From Flavobacteriales bacterium (GTDB lineage Bacteria; Bacteroidota; Bacteroidia; Flavobacteriales_D; Cryomorphaceae), in NCBI GenBank assembly GCA_020200995.1, contig JAIVHQ010000210.1:1-39327 (forward strand): 39,327 bases of DNA, given 5' to 3'. Every line of letters begins with the position of its first letter. The first letter of the stretch is position 1. The notes below the pieces were generated by a model that saw only the letters and a program-made list of their open reading frames with translations, searched no databases and was not told the DNA's origin. Position numbers and translations under genes: made by a program. This document shows positions 26,228-34,777 of the stretch, one piece after another.

Positions 26228-26845
26228 ATGCGCGCATCGGCCGCAGTCATTTCCATTGTTTTCCACCCTTTGCTCATGCCCTTGCTGTGCGTGGTATTTG
26301 CGGGGCAATTCGACCCCATGGTCAGTGGCCGTGTGCATCCCGAGCAGCTCCGCATCACTTACATTATTATGGCCCTCAGTACAATTGCGTTTCCTGCGAT
26401 CAACGTATTGCTTTTGCGGTGGTACGGGGCTGTGACTTCATTTGACGTGCAAAAACGCACAGAGCGCTTTGCTCCCTACATATCATCGGTGTTCTTCTTT
26501 GTTTTGGGATACATCCTCTTGCGGCGGGGGGCGCTGCCCGTTTCTATCCACGCAATCATGCTGGGCTGCACCGTCTCACTGGTTGCGCTGACTGTACTCA
26601 ACACCAAATTGAAAATCAGCGCGCACGCGACAGGGGTGGGCGGGCTGGCAGGTACAGCAGTTGGGCTGTTTCAAATTCACGGATGGTTCGACTTCGGACT
26701 CCTGGGGCTGATTATTCTTTTAACAGGGCTTGTTCTCAGCGCAAGACTGGTTCTCAAAATGCACACCGCATTGGAGGTGTACGCGGGTGTCGCCGCGGGA
26801 TTTGGTGTTCTCTATTTATTCGTGAGCCAAACCTGGGTCATTTGA
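26228..26845 (+). CDS. Integral membrane protein, possibly a degenerate PAP2-like phosphatase fold
   Basis: 205 aa with about 6 TM segments. SAHATG and SARLVLKMHTALEV loosely resemble PAP2 motifs C2 and C3. Confidence 0.5.
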   Translation: MRASAAVISIVFHPLLMPLLCVVFAGQFDPMVSGRVHPEQLRITYIIMALSTIAFPAINVLLLRWYGAVTSFDVQKRTERFAPYISSVFFFVLGYILLRRGALPVSIHAIMLGCTVSLVALTVLNTKLKISAHATGVGGLAGTAVGLFQIHGWFDFGLLGLIILLTGLVLSARLVLKMHTALEVYAGVAAGFGVLYLFVSQTWVI

Positions 26846-27560
26846 TGAAAGTAAAGGAAAGCCCCAGCGAAACTGCGGTGATATCCTCCGAGCCCTTTCC
26901 GCTTTCTATAAGCGGCACCAATGAATAAAAACCTGTGAGCTGAACCATTCCCACACCCAACCTTGCTGATACACCATAGCGCAGGCGGTTCATGTTGTCA
27001 AAATCGTAGTATTTTCGTTTGCCTTCGGTATCGATGATCTTCTGATGGTTGGAAATCATGTAGCCCACGCGAAAACCCGCAGCCAGCTTAAACGGGTTGC
27101 GTCCCGTTTTTATATACCTGAGCTCCAACGGAAGTTCAATGAAGGTGGTGACGAATTTGTTTTTATTGTATTCGTATGTTTCCGAAAAAGGCGTAAGAAT
27201 TTGGTCCCCCACAGTGCCTTCTTCAGCAGACTCCTGAATAAATTCGGCGTTGCTGTGCACATTGTCCACACTCACACCCAAGCCCCAGGCAAAGCTCACG
27301 TCGCTTTCGCCAAAAGTGTAATCGGAGTAGAGGTAAACTTTTGCTCCGGGCGAAAACCCACGGAGATCCACACCTTCGGGTACATTGAGCCACATATCGT
27401 TGGTGATTTCCAAGACGATCTTGTCCTCGTGTCGATCGTAAACTTTCTCCACGGGCGGGCGCTCAGCGCTGCCGCTTTGGGCATTTGCCGAAAGGCCTGA
27501 CAGGCAAAACACTGCGACAGCGGCCGAGGTGCGAAATATATTTACAGCGATTTTTGCCAT
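26838..27560 (-). CDS. Outer-membrane beta-barrel (porin-family) protein
   Basis: Signal peptide MAKIAVNIFRTSAAVAVFCLSGLSANAQ, then alternating hydrophobic beta-strand pattern. ATG at 27560 (the track start at 27566 is a TTG). Overlaps the galE 3' end by 19 nt. Confidence 0.6.
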   Translation of the reverse strand: MAKIAVNIFRTSAAVAVFCLSGLSANAQSGSAERPPVEKVYDRHEDKIVLEITNDMWLNVPEGVDLRGFSPGAKVYLYSDYTFGESDVSFAWGLGVSVDNVHSNAEFIQESAEEGTVGDQILTPFSETYEYNKNKFVTTFIELPLELRYIKTGRNPFKLAAGFRVGYMISNHQKIIDTEGKRKYYDFDNMNRLRYGVSARLGVGMVQLTGFYSLVPLIESGKGSEDITAVSLGLSFTFIK

Positions 27561-28549
27561 TCCCAAGCGTGTTTTAGTGCTTCTTCAACGGTGTACTTCG
27601 AAGTCCATCCCAAGGTTGCCGATGCTTTGTCGACATTGGCATAGATGGCGTCGACATCGCCGGGTCTTCGTGGACCCTCCTCCGATCTGACTTCGGTCTT
27701 ATTTACACGCCGAAAGATGTCGATAATTTCTTTAACACTGTGCCCCCTTCCGGTGCCGATATTAAAAGTGTCGAGTGCAATGTCGCTTTCCGAGACGTAA
27801 TTCAGGGCGCGCACATGGGCTTCGGCCACGTCGCATACGTGCACGTAATCACGCACACAGGTGCCATCGGGGGTGTCGTAGTCGCTGCCGAAAATGGTGA
27901 TGTGATCGCGTTGTCCTGCGGCCGTTTGGGTCACGTATGGGATCAGGTTGTCGGGCACGCCTCCCGGCAGTTCGCCGAGTTTTCCGGAAGGGTGGGCACC
28001 GATCGGATTGAAATAGCGAAGGCTCACCTGCCTCATCCAAGGCTCTGATCGGGCCACATCGGCCATCAACCGCTCGCAGGCCTGCTTTGTGAAACCATAA
28101 GGGCTGAAGGCGTTCCCGAAAGGAGTTTTCTCTGTGACCTCCCGATGGTCGGGTACTCCGTATACCGTGCACGATGATGAAAACACCAGGTTGTTCAACC
28201 GCTCAGACACCATGATATCCAGCAGTGCCGTCATGGCGCTAATGTTGTTGTCAAAGTATGTCAGCGGAATTTTCACCGACTCCCCCACAGATTTGTAAGC
28301 CGCCAGGTGAATCACCCCGTCCACGCCGCCTTCGGCATCCAAAAGTTTGCGGAGGCCATCTCTGTCGCGACAATCTGTCTTGTACAAGGGAACATTAAAG
28401 CCGCACAGCTCATTGATGCGATCGGGAATCGAATCATCGGAGCGGGAGAGGTTGTCGAGCAATACCGGGGTATACCCGTGCTCCACAAGGGCCACTGCAA
28501 TGTGAGAACCGATGTATCCGACGCCGCCGGTCAACAGAATTTTTTCCAT
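27542..28549 (-). CDS. galE: UDP-glucose 4-epimerase
   Basis: 335 aa. GGVGYIGSH Rossmann motif, YGFTKQ (YxxxK) and an extended-SDR C-terminal domain. Confidence 0.9.
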   Translation of the reverse strand: MEKILLTGGVGYIGSHIAVALVEHGYTPVLLDNLSRSDDSIPDRINELCGFNVPLYKTDCRDRDGLRKLLDAEGGVDGVIHLAAYKSVGESVKIPLTYFDNNISAMTALLDIMVSERLNNLVFSSSCTVYGVPDHREVTEKTPFGNAFSPYGFTKQACERLMADVARSEPWMRQVSLRYFNPIGAHPSGKLGELPGGVPDNLIPYVTQTAAGQRDHITIFGSDYDTPDGTCVRDYVHVCDVAEAHVRALNYVSESDIALDTFNIGTGRGHSVKEIIDIFRRVNKTEVRSEEGPRRPGDVDAIYANVDKASATLGWTSKYTVEEALKHAWEWQKSL

Positions 28550-28656
28550 CGCGGCGAAGATAAGAATTTCAGGTGCCGTGAAAGGCGTGAATCAATCGCG
28601 AAAAACCTTTCGCATGAAGCGAAGAATCAATATTTTTGGAAACAAACAGAAAATTT

Positions 28657-30146
28657 ATGGCGACGACTCTTCCCGACGATCTTATTGAACAACTTGCCGA
28701 AAAGGGCATTACACGTGAAAAACTGGCGGAATACCGCGAGGTTTTGCTAAAAGGCTACCCTTTCATCAAGCTTGCCGAAAACTGCAGGCTCGGTAGCGAA
28801 ATCCACTCCGTTTCGGACATCGACAAAAGGGATTTCATCGCTCGGTATCGAGCGCGCGAGGACTGCAAGGTGCTAAAATTTGTCCCGGCAAGCGGAGCCG
28901 CCAGCCGCATGTTCAAGGACCTGTTTGCAGCCCTTGAAGGCAACGAAAACAGTGAGAGTGCAGATGCCTTCTTCAATTCGTTGGAAGATTTTCCCTTTGG
29001 AGAATCACTGCTGTCGATTGTGGGACTTCCCCGCGACTTTCCGCTCAATGATAAGTCGACACGCATCGATATACTCAAGGCCCTGCTGCTGGAAGACGGG
29101 TTGAACTACGGCCGTTTGCCGAAAGGCATGATAAAATTTCACAAATACAGGGACAGCGATTCACGCACGGCTTTTGAAGAGCACTTTCACGAAGCAAAAA
29201 TGTATGCGGTGACGGGAAATGAGGCCCACCTTCACTTCACCATTCCTGAAAATACGCAGGAAGAAGCCAAGGTGCACCTCGCTGAGCTCAGGGATGAGCT
29301 GAGCAAGGCACTCGGTATCAACTTTCGGGTGGAGACCAGCTTACAAAAGCCGGCTACAGACACCCCTGCGATTTACGAGGACAGCAAAGAATGGGTGATA
29401 GACGAAAACGACAACTTGCTACTGAGGCCCGCAGGGCACGGGGCACTGCTCGAAAACCTCAATGAACTCGATGCCGATTTGGTCTTCATCAAAAACATCG
29501 ACAACGTGGTGCCCGATCACCTGAAGGGAACCACAGTGGAATACAAAGAACTCCTGGCGGGCATCCTGCTCGATGTTCAGGAGAGCGTCTTCGGCTTTTC
29601 AGAAGCTTTGGAGAAAGGCAATCTCGACCACTCCGCCTGCACAGCTTTTTTCCAAAAGTGGTTTGCCGCAGATGTTGACGGCCTTGGCGTCGAGGACCTT
29701 AGGGACCTGCTCAACCGTCCGCTGCGCGTATGCGGGATGGTGAAAAACCAGGGCGAACCCGGGGGTGGGCCTTTCCTGATGGATCCTCTTCACTTCAGAT
29801 AGTCGAAAAAGCCCAGGTGGACACCGACGACCCCGAACAAAAAGCCATTCTGGAAAGCGCGGGCCACTTCAACCCCGTAGATCTTGTGGTATCGCTGAAA
29901 GACCACAGGGGAGAACCCTTCGACCTGATGAAGTACCGCAACCCCGATACAGGGATGGTGGTGTCCAAGAACTATCAAGGCCGCGACATCCGCGCCCTGG
30001 AGCTGCCAGGCCTCTGGAACGGATCAATGCACCGCTGGAACACCGTGTTTGTCGAAGTGCCTATCGACACATTTAATCCCGTGAAAACCGTATTTGACCT
30101 CCTGCGCCCGGGCCACAGCGGAACAGATACGAAATCGAGAAGATGA
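28657..30146 (+). pseudogene. DUF4301-family protein gene interrupted by a -1 frame break near 29775-29785
   Basis: Two overlapping ORFs (28636-29802 and 29730-30146) read as one protein across the break: ...RVCGMVKNQGEPGGGPF / DGSSSLQIVEKAQVDTDDPEQKAILESAGHFNPVDLV. N-terminal family signature LKFVPASGAASRMFK. The combined length of about 495 aa fits the family. Confidence 0.7.
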
Positions 30147-30163
30147 TTTTGCCGACAGGGTCA

Positions 30164-31891
30164 TCAACCATTCACAAATGCCTCTTTCAGCTCTGCGATT
30201 CGACCGTCGAGCTCGGCTTTCTTTTCTTCAAAGTCCGCCATCCCCGAAATTTCGGTGTGTAGGCTAAAGTAGAATTTGATTTTTGGCTCGGTGCCTGAAG
30301 GACGGGCAGTGACTTTGCTGCCGTCGGCGAGGTAAAACTGGATCACGTTTGAACCCGGAATACCCGTGGGTCGGCTTCTGCCTGATTTCAAGTCCTTGAT
30401 TTGTCCGGTTTGGTAATCGCGCACTTCGAGCACTTCCGATCCCGCCAGCACTTTGGGCGTATCGTTGCGGTACCCGTCCATGATGGCGGAAATCTCGGCG
30501 GCTCCGTCTTTGCCTTTCTTCACGAGTGAGACGAGGGCTTCGCGGTAGAGGCCCAGTTCGGTGTACATCTCCACCATGATTTCGTAGAAGGACTTCCCGT
30601 TGTGGAGGGCCCAGGCAGCCACTTCGCAGAGCATTCCCGAGGTGATCACTCCGTCCTTGTCGCGCACGGCATCGCCGATCATAAAGCCGTAGCTCTCTTC
30701 GCCTCCGCAAATGAATTTTTCCACGCCCTCTTTTCTGCGGATCACATCGGCGATCCATTTGAATCCCGTCAGCGTCACATAGCACTTCACACCAAAGTAC
30801 TCCGCGATGCTGTCCATGAGTTCGGAAGTCACAATGGTGCTGCACACAAATCCGTTCTCCGGCAGTTAGTTCTTCGCCTTTAGGTTGGAGAGGATGTACC
30901 AGGTGAGCACCGTGGCGGTCTGGTTTCCGTTGAGCAGCTCGAGCTCGCCAGCCGGGTTTTTCACACCGATGCCCACGCGGTCGCCGTCGGGGTCAGAACC
31001 GAGAATGATCTCTGCGCCGATGGATTTTCCCAGGGCGAGTGCCTCATCCATGGCAGCGCGCTCTTCGGGGTTGGGTGATTCAACAGTGGGGAAATTGCCA
31101 TCGGGCTTCTCCTGCGAAGTCACGGAGTGCACGTTGGTGAAACCCATGCGCTCCAAAAAAGCCGGAAATTGAGTAATAGAAGTTCCGTGCAGGTTGGTGT
31201 ACCCAATGGGCATACCGGTCATGGCCCTCACCGCATCGAGGTTGATGCATTCTTTGAGAATGGTGGTTTGGTAAATTTCATCCAGATCGGCGCCGATGAT
31301 GTGGATCAGCTGCTCATCCACTCCTTCGGCCACCTGCTCGGGTGAGGTCACCTTGCGCACTTCAGTGATGATTCCCTTATCATGGGGCGGCACAATCTGT
31401 GCGCCGTCGTCCCAGTACACCTTGTATCCGTTGTACTCGGGCGGGTTGTGCGAAGCCGTGACCACGATTCCCGAGGTACACCCGTAGTGCCTTGCAGCAA
31501 ATGAGAGCACCGGCGTGGGGCGCAGTTCGGGAAAGAGGTAGACCTGAATGCCGTTGGCAGCCAATACTTCGGCTGCCCTTCGCGCAAATACGTGGCTGTT
31601 GTTTCTGCAATCGTGGGCGATGGCCACAGCCTTTTTGCCGGATTTTACCTGTGCGTTGATGTAATTGGCCAGCCCCTGGGTGGCCATCCCGATGGTGTAG
31701 GTGTTGATTCGGTTGGTGCCGGGGCCCATTACGCCGCGCAGGCCGCCCGTGCCGAAGTCGAGGTCTTTGTAAAAGGCGTCTTCGAGTTCTTTCGGGTTGC
31801 CGTCTATCATTTTCTGCACCTCGGTGCGGGTCTGTTCGTCGTACGAATCGCCGAGCCATTTTTTGGCGCGTTCCAATACTTGTGGTTCCAT
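30164..31891 (-). pseudogene. Phospho-sugar mutase (phosphoglucomutase/phosphomannomutase family) with a single in-frame TAA at 30866-30868
   Basis: The two track ORFs (30866-31972 and 30164-30847) are in the same frame: ...WYILSNLKAKN*LPENGFVCSTIVTSELMD. Active-site Ser loop TASHNPPEYNGYKV and metal loop GSDPDGDRVG are in the N-terminal part. The total of 575 codons matches full-length family members. The ATG at 31891 lies 1 nt after the rfbB stop. Confidence 0.8.
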
Positions 31892-31892
31892 G

Positions 31893-32909
31893 TTATTGAG
31901 AATATAGGTTGATGTAGTGGTCAATGGTTTTTTCGATGCCCGATTCGAAGTTCTCTTCGGCCTTCCAGCCAAGTTCGTGTTCGATTTTGGAAGCGTCGAT
32001 GGCGTAGCGCCGGTCGTGCCCGGGCCGGTCGGTTACGAAAGTGATCTGGTCCTTTCGGCTGCCTTCTGCCTTGGGCTTTTTTCGGTCAATGATTTCACAA
32101 ATCGTCTCGGCAATGTAGAGGTTTTGCCGCTCATTGCGCCCGCCGATGTTGTAGGTCTCTCCAGGCCTGCCCTTCCCGAAAGCCAGCCAAATCCCCTTGC
32201 AGTGGTCGGTGACATAGAGCCAGTCGCGCACATTGAGTCCGTCGCCGTAGATGGGGATGGGCTTGCCGTGCAGGGCATTGCGGATGATGGTGGGGATAAG
32301 CTTTTCGTCGTGCTGCAGCGGGCCGTAATTGTTGGAGCAGTTGGTGGTCACCACATTCATTCCGTAAGTGTGAAAATAGCTACGCACGATCATATCGCTC
32401 GCGGCCTTGCTGGCGCTGTAGGGGCTGTTTGGCGCGTAAGGCGTACTTTCCGTAAAAAGGCCTGTTTCGCCAAGACTGCCGTAAACCTCATCGGTGCTGA
32501 TGTGCAAAAAGCGGCAGGATTCGCAGCCTGCTTTTTGGGCAAAAGGCCCTTCCATCCAATGTTTGCGCGCCACATCGAGCAGGGTAAAAGTGCCGTGCAC
32601 GTTGGTGTTTATAAACGCTTCGGGGCCGGAAATACTGTTGTCCACATGCGACTCGGCGGCGAAGTGAATCACCCCGCCGAAGTCGTGCGTTTTGAAGAGG
32701 GACTCCACCAGCGATCGATCGCAAATGTCGCCTTTCACGAAAGTGTAGTTCGGGCCGTCTTCAAACCCCGTCATGTTTTCCTCACGCCCCGCGTAGGTGA
32801 GCAGGTCGAGGTTGACGATTTTCAAATCGGGACGGGTCTCGAGAAGAACCCGGATAAAGTTGGCGCCGATAAATCCGGCTCCGCCGGTTACAAGTAGGGG
32901 TTTATTCAT
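31893..32909 (-). CDS. rfbB: dTDP-glucose 4,6-dehydratase
   Basis: 338 aa. VTGGAGFIGANF and YSASKAASD. Overlaps the rfbD stop by 8 nt. Confidence 0.92.
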   Translation of the reverse strand: MNKPLLVTGGAGFIGANFIRVLLETRPDLKIVNLDLLTYAGREENMTGFEDGPNYTFVKGDICDRSLVESLFKTHDFGGVIHFAAESHVDNSISGPEAFINTNVHGTFTLLDVARKHWMEGPFAQKAGCESCRFLHISTDEVYGSLGETGLFTESTPYAPNSPYSASKAASDMIVRSYFHTYGMNVVTTNCSNNYGPLQHDEKLIPTIIRNALHGKPIPIYGDGLNVRDWLYVTDHCKGIWLAFGKGRPGETYNIGGRNERQNLYIAETICEIIDRKKPKAEGSRKDQITFVTDRPGHDRRYAIDASKIEHELGWKAEENFESGIEKTIDHYINLYSQ

Positions 32910-33771
32910 GGGTTGTGTTGCGCTCTGTCAGGCAATCGCGCAGTGCATGGCGCCAGTGCTTAATTTCAATTCCAAATGTATCTTTTATTTTTTGCTTGTT
33001 CAGCACGCTGTAAGAAGGGCGCTTGGCCGCAGTGGGAAAAGCGTAGCTTTCAACAGGCTGCACGATCGTTCGCATTCCCGAAAGTTCGAAGATAGCACAG
33101 GCAAAGTCGTACCAGGATGCCACGCCTTCGTTGGCAAAATGATAAGTCCCGGCGGGAAAATCGGTCGGCGAAACGGTGTATTTTAGAATGATGGTTTCGA
33201 TGGCTTTTGCCAAATCGGCCGTGCAGGTCGGCGTTCCGGTCTGGTCGAACACCACTTGCAATTCGGGTCGGGTTTCTGCGAGCCTCAACATGGTGTTCAG
33301 AAAATTGCGCCCGTGAGCTGCGTAGAGCCACGAAGTGCGCAAGATGATGTGGTTCGGACAGTGCTTGCGCACGGCAATTTCGCCCGCGTTCTTGGTAATT
33401 CCGTACACGCCGATCGGCGAAGTGGGGTCGTCCTCGCGGGCAGGCACGGGACGGGAACCGTCAAAAACGTAATCGGTCGAGATGTGAATGAACAGTGCGC
33501 CTCGATCAGCGCAATGGCGGGCCATTTTCTCCACGGCATCGGCATTGACAATGCGCGCGGTTTCGGCATTGGTTTCGGCGGCATCTACAGCGGTATAGGC
33601 TGCGGCATTCACGAGCACATCAAATTCAAAAGGGGCCAGTGCGTCATCAATATTTTCCGGAAAGGAAAGGTCGGCCACCCCCCGATCTGCAAATTGCATA
33701 TCGACATTTGTGGTCAGCGCCGATAACGCCCTGCCCAGTTGTCCTGTTTTTCCGATAACCAATACCTTCAT
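32902..33771 (-). CDS. rfbD: dTDP-4-dehydrorhamnose reductase
   Basis: 289 aa. N-terminus MKVLVIGKTGQLGRAL and STDYVFDG. Confidence 0.88.
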   Translation of the reverse strand: MKVLVIGKTGQLGRALSALTTNVDMQFADRGVADLSFPENIDDALAPFEFDVLVNAAAYTAVDAAETNAETARIVNADAVEKMARHCADRGALFIHISTDYVFDGSRPVPAREDDPTSPIGVYGITKNAGEIAVRKHCPNHIILRTSWLYAAHGRNFLNTMLRLAETRPELQVVFDQTGTPTCTADLAKAIETIILKYTVSPTDFPAGTYHFANEGVASWYDFACAIFELSGMRTIVQPVESYAFPTAAKRPSYSVLNKQKIKDTFGIEIKHWRHALRDCLTERNTTHE

Positions 33772-33857
33772 AGACCGCCAAAAATAAGAACATGTGCGGG
33801 GTTGAGCGCCCTGAATCGATTAAATTATCGTAAAATAGCAGCCAAAACACCCCTTTC

Positions 33858-34742
33858 ATGAAAATTCGCATTTCCCTCCTCCTCTTCTCATTTTCGGTAT
33901 GGTGCCTTTCGGCAAATATGCAGGTCGCTGCGCAGGCTCTACCGGCCTACGCCATGTACAGCTCGGATGGGACCCCGATCGATTTCGGAGAAGCGGTGGC
34001 CACCATGGCTGAGAGCGATGTGGTGCTCTTTGGCGAATTTCACGACAATGCCATGGTGCACTGGCTACAGCTGCGCACCACCAAAGCCCTTCACGAAAAA
34101 AGCGACCTGGTGCTTGGCGGCGAAATGTTTGAGAGCGATGGACAATTGCTGCTCGACGAATACCTCACAGGATTGATGACCGACAAAGTTTTTGAAGACC
34201 AGGCCCGGCTTTGGACCAATTATAAAACAGATTACAAGCCATTGGTAGAATTTGCCGCTGCAAACGGACTCCCTTTCATCGCCACCAATGTGCCGCGGCG
34301 CTATGCCTCACTGACGGCCAAAGCCGGGCTCGACACCCTTGAGACTTTGGACGCCGCCTCAAAAGTACTCTTGCCCAAGCTTCCCATCGCATTCTCAATG
34401 GAAACGCCGGGCTACGGGGAAATGATGGAAATGATGGGCGGGGGCCACCGCATGGGTTTCAAGGCCGAAAACTTTGTGAGGGCGCAGGCACTCAAAGATG
34501 CGGCCATGGCAGAAAACATCTTGCGCAACAAAAAACAGGACGCCGTATTTCTCCACTTCAACGGCGATTTCCACTCGGCCAATTACGGCGGTATTTATTG
34601 GTACCTCAAAAACGCAGATCCGGATTTAAAAATCACGGTGGTAAAAATTTTCAGTGTTGAATCCCTCGGTTTTATGGACGAATGGGCCGACTCCGGCGCT
34701 CTAAAACTATCATTTCGCGGTGATTCAGCCCTGCGCAATTGA
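33858..34742 (+). CDS. ChaN-family (haem-binding uptake, Tiki-superfamily) lipoprotein-like protein
   Basis: Signal peptide, then the family signature ESDVVLFGEFHDNAMVHW, and later FHSANYGGI. Confidence 0.7.
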   Translation: MKIRISLLLFSFSVWCLSANMQVAAQALPAYAMYSSDGTPIDFGEAVATMAESDVVLFGEFHDNAMVHWLQLRTTKALHEKSDLVLGGEMFESDGQLLLDEYLTGLMTDKVFEDQARLWTNYKTDYKPLVEFAAANGLPFIATNVPRRYASLTAKAGLDTLETLDAASKVLLPKLPIAFSMETPGYGEMMEMMGGGHRMGFKAENFVRAQALKDAAMAENILRNKKQDAVFLHFNGDFHSANYGGIYWYLKNADPDLKITVVKIFSVESLGFMDEWADSGALKLSFRGDSALRN

Positions 34743-34777
34743 AGTAATTTCATTCAGATAAATCCTTTCCTGAAGCG

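Noticed and set aside
30264-30845. 193-aa alternative-frame ORF inside the C-terminal half of the phospho-sugar mutase
   Set aside because: The product is Arg-rich and low-complexity. The overlapping frame encodes the conserved mutase C-terminal domains.
30866-30868. The in-frame TAA as evidence of stop-codon reassignment
   Set aside because: TAA clearly terminates neighbouring genes at conserved protein ends (rfbB at 31893, rfbD at 32902, galE at 27542, FecR2 at 3809). A recoded genetic code is therefore not supported.
31917-32897. 326-aa plus-strand ORF covering almost the whole of rfbB on the opposite strand
   Set aside because: It uses the same codon boundaries as rfbB (both start positions are 0 mod 3). 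Its openness therefore only reflects the absence of the rare sense codons TTA, CTA and TCA in rfbB. The product is low-complexity and Gly/Val/Ala-rich with no motif. It is an antisense shadow ORF.
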